A stretch of DNA of 64,000 bases. It comes from Pecten maximus (taxonomy: Eukaryota). How positions within the stretch are numbered: position 1 is the stretch's first letter; each line of letters opens with the position of its first letter. The notes under the pieces were generated by a model. The model ran no database searches, was not told the origin of the DNA, and saw nothing but the letters and a program-made list of their open reading frames with translations. Where the stretch lies: contig NC_047025.1 in assembly GCF_902652985.1 (NCBI RefSeq), positions 29,388,001 through 29,452,000 of the forward strand, given 5' to 3'. Position numbers and translations under genes: made by a program. This document shows, one piece after another, positions 60,301 to 64,000 of this stretch.

Positions 60301-62204
60301 GGTAGCTGCAGCAAATGCCCTCCGAAATTGGCTCCTGTCCGCTGTCTGTCCCAGGGCAACTATTGTGTTGGTCACAGTTGTACCAATGTTAGTACCCATT
60401 ATGATTGGTATGGCAGGCTTTACTGTCAGAACTGAAGATATCAAAACGACAAATCATGTTCAAATATATTCTCATACGTTATAATAGAGTACGGAAAGGA
60501 AAACTCTCAACTCGCAATTTTGACCTCGTAACTCACATTGTCCTACAAAAGACTCGTGGTGTTCCGTTAGAGCCAAATTTCCTATATCGCTCGTTCGCTC
60601 CTTCGACCTAAACGCGAAGGAGCAAAGGAACGAAAACACGATGGCGAAGGAGCGAAAATACGATGGCGAAGGAGCGATGGAACTTCGCTCCTTCGCCATC
60701 GTTTTCGCTCCTTCGCCGTCGTATTTTCGCTCCTTCACTCCTTCGCTTCTCAGCTTCTCCGCTTCTCCACTCCTTCTCGTTTAGGTCGAAGGAGCGAAGG
60801 AGTGATATTGGAAATTTGACCCTAACGGAACACCATACATACTTGTCAACACACAACTTAATAATTCCCGTATTTTCTTACAAATTTGTTGAAAATATAC
60901 TGATTTTGTTTCTTTCAGCTGTATGGGAGAATAATTACGAACGGACAAAAAGTGATGACTTACTTTCAGCGGATACCATAGAGACCACGATGGAGGTTGA
61001 TGTGGAAGAACTCTGCACGAGCACGGTCACAAGTATTCCAATCATGAGGCCCGCCACAGGGTTCTGAAGGACCTCATTATTGGACAGAGCTTCGCCTGCA
61101 GCCTTCCCTGTAGAGGAGCGGTGACAAATATACAACTACTACCAATAATATCAATTCGTGGATACTACAGCAGTTGGACACTTACATTGAAGGTTTACTG
61201 ACTACAGTTTGTCATTTTTATTGGTCAACTGACCAGTAAACATTGGTGTAATGTAGGTCAACTTGTACCATACGTTATCTGCTTGTGACATATAAATATA
61301 TTTAGACTGTATGGAAAATTGAAATTGCGGAAAGCATTGTCCTTTCGCGTTTAAATGTTATGATTAATGAAACTAGTCCTAAATTATTATCTTTAGTTAT
61401 ATTGACTCATGATGAATACAAATAATTCAAATACAAATCATCACACGTTCCCAATATAAATCTCATAATTTACAGAGGTGTTAACGCATTTTCTAATTTG
61501 ACGAATTGCAGGCACTATACAGAATATTTAAAAAGAAACACGGGCATAATTTACATAATCGGCGTAAACTTGCGTCCTTACCTCCCAGCAATTTGAATGC
61601 TGCACTAAGAACATCCAGTGAACAGATAAACAGGTACAGAAGTCCGACTAAAACAACTGGCTTCAGGATTGCTGCTATGACCCATTTTAACCGTTCTTGG
61701 TATGACAGGTCTGAATCAGAAATAGCATACACTAATGTTAGATGATGTGACTACCAATATAATTAGGTACCTATACTGTTATATACCACCTAAAATCTAC
61801 AGACAAGTACCTGTACACCGTCGTTAACAGGTACGTGTATGTGGTCGGGTATGAAAATGAATTTCTTATGTTTTACACCATGTTTTCCTATATGTTATCG
61901 ATTGGATTTCAAAAATATGCATCGTTATTCCTGTAAAATTGTCGTATTATGTATATATACCAAATCACAAATGTCACAAGTACTGTACATGGCCTTTATT
62001 GAAATTCAATTTTAACCTAGTTTAAAACTACGTCAGCTGTTGTGTATAGTAAATTTTGACACCTTTCCATTTCTTGTCATCGTCCGGTATATCGGCGAGG
62101 GCATAGAGGTCGACATCATTTGGGGTAGACTCCGCCTCAGAAGTCGAACTAGTATCATAGGGTGATTCCACCAATACGGACATCGAGGCAACCGATTTCA
62201 TCAT
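57353..62204 (-). CDS. SLC34A: Sodium-dependent phosphate cotransporter, SLC34/NaPi-II family (2B-like), 6 coding exons, ~578 aa
   Basis: Exons 62204-62063, 61710-61582, 61107-60964, 60431-60115, 58804-58735, 58287-57353 (1737 nt, in frame). [12 protein letters not shown], both QSSS repeats ([20 protein letters not shown]), [47 protein letters not shown]. Confidence 0.95.
60557..60835. mobile_element. MITE with ~55-bp TIRs and internal GCGAAGGA subrepeats, in SLC34A intron 3
   Basis: TGGTGTTCCGTTAGAGCCAAATTTCC / GGAAATTTGACCCTAACGGAACACCA; the internal repeats are mirrored (CGAAGGAG versus CTCCTTCG). Confidence 0.8.
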
Positions 62205-64000
62205 AACTTTAATCGCAGGGAATGTCTACAACAATCAAGTACTATTTTTATTATATTAAGTTACAAATACAACATAACATGGAATATAAGCGTTGAGGTA
62301 TATTGTATATATATCCAATACTATACATTATAATGGGAAATGATACTTGATATTTCGCGATGAATTCAATAGTAAACCAAGGGAGGAAACGGAACAATCA
62401 AGACAGAGCTAAACTATATAGCAAACAACACAATGATTAACACTATTGAGAATGAAAATGAACAAATGGGTCTTTATAGAATGTTCAAAAAGAAATGAAA
62501 ACTTAATTATAAATCTTTTTTATAATAGTATAAAAGTAATCAGCTATACGTTTCGGCACGGTTATCAAATGCATCTAACAAATAAATAAAATGACAATGT
62601 ATATGTAGTAGATAAATGGAAAAAAAATGTAAGAACATCGGTTATATCATTGTTGAAAAGGTTTTGCATTTTTCAGTTTGATTTTAACTCTGTTTTGTTT
62701 CGTTGAAGATTCAATAGATTGCAAAAACAGAAAAACAGAGAAAACCCTAATGAAATGTATCACCGGATTTAGACAAACTATTGAATTGTCAATTCTTAAT
62801 GCATTGATAATCAGCGCAATATCATTACTGTATGGGAAAAACAAACAAATAATAATAAACGAAATTGGACAAATAGCAAATGCAAAACAATAATACAAAA
62901 AAATAAATTCGAGATATATAATAAGTGTATATACCAGGGAGGTCGGTGGCTGTGATGGGTGAACGCCCGCCTCGTGGTGGCCGTCTCTAGTCGTCGGGAA
63001 TAAAGTAGTCCCCCACACACTTGGCTCGAGTTTGGAAATGTCTCATGCTTTGTCAGTAGTCGTATTTATATATCAGATCGAATGACCTTCACAGGATGAT
63101 CATGTACTGTGCATGTTTCACTCGTGTGAAAATCGGGATGCCAAGGTTTTGTCTAGTTCCTTTCATGTCAGTGCATAAATTATACTGTCTCTGGTTATAG
63201 AATCTTCAATATTTACTTTTACAACAGTTCTTTGTATTGTAAACATACAGGAAAGAGAAGAAGCAACGATGTTAGAGCATTCCTCGTGACCGGTGATCAG
63301 AGAGCAATCAAGAGGAAGTTCATTTCTTGTCCTTTACGATTATGTTGTTATGTTAAGCAATTTGACCGATCTTTCTAATTACTTTATATTGTCCATATTT
63401 TCAAAACATCTGTACATTTGCCCGTATAAGTAATCTGGAAGTGTTTACACATTTTTTTATATCAGATATACATATAAACTGGTATTGGATAGGATATGAG
63501 ATAGTCAATTAGGTACAGTGACATTTTGTAATTAAAATGCAACAATTTTTAGTGGAATTTTGTTGTTACGTGTCTATAACAATTAGGCTTTTTATGGTAT
63601 GTATCTGTGTAGATTTTTATGTCGAAGATTAATTGTGGCTGGCATCTGATTCCAACGTACTTCTTGCAGACTATCTGTGTGGATCAAAATATGATGAAAA
63701 TAAAGTTTAAGTATGTACAGTGTCTATCTTACGAACTAATAAAGCTTAATTTCAACTAAACAAATAATAGCTTATGTTATCAAATATACAAAAGAAAAAC
63801 AAAAGTCCATTCCATAAATGATATTCATCTGATAGGAACAAACTTTAAAAAACATATATTCTATTTTAACAGCAGCAAGACTACTTGTTAAAACGGATAT
63901 AAAACACTTGTATATTGGAACAGTCTTTGAACATATGTTTTTAAAATAAGTGCTGTCAACATTTTATTTTTTTATGGAAATTCTTACTTGAAACGGAGGT

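Overview
AT-rich eukaryotic (metazoan) genomic DNA, not prokaryotic. The repeat landscape suggests a bivalve mollusc, possibly scallop-like (inference). Five spliced genes were reconstructed by hand from GT-AG junctions and reading-frame continuity: ANKS6 (+, 2635-12954, 16 exons, one apparent +1 frameshift), METTL17 (-, 38436-20192, 15 exons), MVD (+, 38629-47742, 11 exons, head-to-head with METTL17 across ~190 bp), a conodipine-like secreted phospholipase A2 (-, 51421-48487, 2 coding exons) and an SLC34A Na/Pi cotransporter (-, 62204-57353, 6 coding exons). Introns hold Helentron/HINE-type elements, MITEs, a tRNA-derived SINE and mariner, CR1-LINE and Harbinger/ISL2EU remnants. The most striking pattern is that eight independent tandem arrays or duplications (24-85 bp units, up to ~110 copies) are copies of the host gene's own exon/intron junction, extending into the intron and creating runs of decoy splice sites, some in frame. 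The long ORFs over the satellites are repeat artefacts. Gene identifications rest on recalled family motifs, not database searches.
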